Below are positions 62,301 through 64,000 of a DNA stretch of 64,000 bases, piece after piece. Source of the stretch: Amoebophrya sp. A120 (lineage: Eukaryota > Protista > Dinoflagellata); assembly GCA_905178155.1 (NCBI GenBank), contig CAJINV010000012.1, positions 2,935,412 through 2,999,411 on the forward strand. The letters run 5' to 3'. Position 1 is the first letter of the stretch; the number at the start of each line of letters is the position of its first letter. Under the pieces are notes generated by a model that was not told where the DNA came from, did no database searches, and worked only from the letters and a program-made list of their open reading frames with translations. The position numbers and the translations under genes were made by a program.

Positions 62301-63914
62301 AATCTTCCAACCGCGGGCTCTTCTCGACCGGCGCCAGCACGCTCGTGCCAAACGCGACCGAGGGGCCTTCGTGGAAGTCGTCGTCCTCTTCGAAAGAGTG
62401 GCTATCATTTGGATTGCGCTCTTGCGCAGCTGCTGCCCTTGTCGCGGGCGAAGATTTGTTCATTGTCATATTATTTCTGCTGGTAAATTGCGCCTGGAGC
62501 TCCAGCTCTTTCACCTTCGACTTCAACCTCTCGTTTTCCTCTTCAAATTGCAGCACTGCGGTTTTGAACCGAGTCGCTTCTTCATTTTCTTCCTCCAACT
62601 CTTGGACTCGCAACCGCAGGTCCTGCAAAATATTTTCCTTCTCGCTAAGCATGTTTTCGTACTTCATTGATTTATTCTGCAGTTCCATCTCCAGCTCCGC
62701 CACGGCGGTCTCTCTCTCCTGGGTCGTCGCCTGCAATTCCTCGCGGAGAAGCTGCAACTCTACTTCGGCGTTTTGCTCTGCAGCACCTTTTCCTTTATTT
62801 CCCCCCTCGTCCGTGAGCTGCATCGCCGGCGAAGTAGTAGATCCGGCTCCGGAGGTTACTCGCCTGGCACTCAGGTCGTGGTCATAACCGCCTCCCCTTT
62901 CATCATTCTGCTCCGGCGACAAAACGCCAGCGGAGGAGGAACCGCCCGCGGCCAACTGCGCGTCCTTCTCTTCCAACTCGTTGTTGAGCTCCACAAGCTG
63001 TGCTGTGCAAAAGTATCGCGCTCGTAGTAATTGCAAACATGCATTACAAATCTTGGTCTTAAGGTAAATCCGCATTACAAATTTTATTATCCCATACTGA
63101 GGAAATTTGTAATGCATTTATACGAGTACGATACTTTTGCAATGCATACCAGCTCTGTCTCGAGCGTTTCCTTGATCAACTCGAGCGTTTCCAGTTGCTT
63201 TCTCAACTCGGTGTTTTCCTGCTCCAGTTTCTCCTGCTGCTGCTGCGCGGCTTGCGAACCAGGGCCACCAGCGTGATCGTTTTGAAAAGGATTCCTTCCC
63301 CGCAGTCCCCGCTCAAACGCCCGCCCGCTCGTCTCCGAGCTAACATCGGAAGACTGGTCCTCATCGGGGACGAAGTTTTGCTGATTTTTCCGCAGGTTCT
63401 TCGCTTTTTTGTTTTTCATGGTTCTTCCCCGACGGAAATTGTCGTCTTCGAGCGCAGAATCGACCTCCGAGTCGTCCTGCATTTGTTCCCGGTGCTCCTC
63501 ATTTCCTTCCGCGATCTCCTCCAGCTGCGTTTCCAAATCCTTTACCCTCTCCTCGTAGAAGTCGTCTTTCAGCTTCAGTTTTCGCAAAAACGCGTTTTTC
63601 TCCGCCTCAAATTTCTCCTGCACGCGGTGCTTTTTGTACACCAGATACACACTGAGAAACAGCAGCCAGCAGGTGAGGATGACAAAAATCCAGGTCGCAA
63701 GGGTCGTGGATTCTGACGTAACCAGCACGATGATGAAGAACAAGATGGGGAAAAACAGCAGAAAAACCACCAAATAAGCCCGCTCCAATCGCTGCCGCTG
63801 GTCCTTGGACAGCGACTGGGCGAAGCTGGGCTTCATCGGTGTTGGTGCCATGGCTCCACCTGAGCCACCACCTTGTCCAGAGGGTTGTGCTAGTACAACT
63901 CCTGGAGCTTTCAT
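56358..63914 (-). CDS. Hypothetical protein with N-terminal transmembrane hairpin and long coiled coils
   Basis: Long E/K/Q-rich ORFs (63087-63914, 61798-63117, 61120-61758, 60661-60906) are separated by 11 introners. Two hydrophobic segments: AYLVVFLLFFPILFFIIVLV and LATWIFVILTCWLLFLSVYLVY. The 3' part and single-gene status are uncertain. Confidence 0.55.
56686..56850. mobile_element. Singleton introner K
   Basis: Inverted repeat AAAAAGTGTTAACGTTAACGG...CCGTTAACGTTGACACTTTTT ending in GATA. The left terminus and TSD are degenerate. Confidence 0.65.
60137..60381. mobile_element. Introner family I (2 copies in opposite orientations)
   Basis: TIR TATRACCYGCTCARRNGTTACAATCTCAAA, TSD CATCG. 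Second copy 47034-47291 (TSD ATGTC). Confidence 0.88.
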
Positions 63915-64000
63915 GTCTTGGTCAAGCTTTGGCTTGTCTTTAGAATAAATCCCGACAAAAATTCACGCACTGGAGCTCCGGTTCTTTACGCCGTCGGCGT

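Noticed and set aside
1449-63148. Many short ORFs sharing peptides FQTQTFLHLI, KCKNVWVW and NAKMSGSG, suggesting a repeat-protein family
   Set aside because: These are translations of the family A TIR in different frames, not genes.

Overview
Eukaryotic (protist) genomic DNA. It is very probably a parasitic dinoflagellate of the Amoebophrya type, inferred from intron architecture, one-strand gene order and gene content. Every recognisable gene is on the minus strand: a ~27 kb CFAP54-like flagellar gene, a TXNDC9/phosducin-like gene, a tandem pair of signal-peptide orphan genes, PACRG, a syntaxin-6-like Qc-SNARE, a zinc-type porphobilinogen synthase (hemB/ALAD), a CCDC81-like HU-domain gene and a TM/coiled-coil gene. 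About 90 non-coding 145-325 bp elements (roughly a third of the window, counted by eye) interrupt these genes. Each has TAT...ATA termini, family-specific terminal inverted repeats (TIRs) and a 5-bp target-site duplication (TSD). Most lack GT-AG boundaries, yet removing the element plus one TSD copy restores the reading frame, so they are MITE-like non-canonical introns (introners). At least 12 TIR families share one internal repeated motif, GCAWNACA/TGTNWTGC. Copies sit in both orientations within one gene, nest inside each other, leave a net 3-nt micro-exon, and appear to decay into ordinary GT-AG introns. One paralog shows the empty site. No transposase, RNA gene or CRISPR array was found. 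All coordinates and gene models were read by eye and are approximate.
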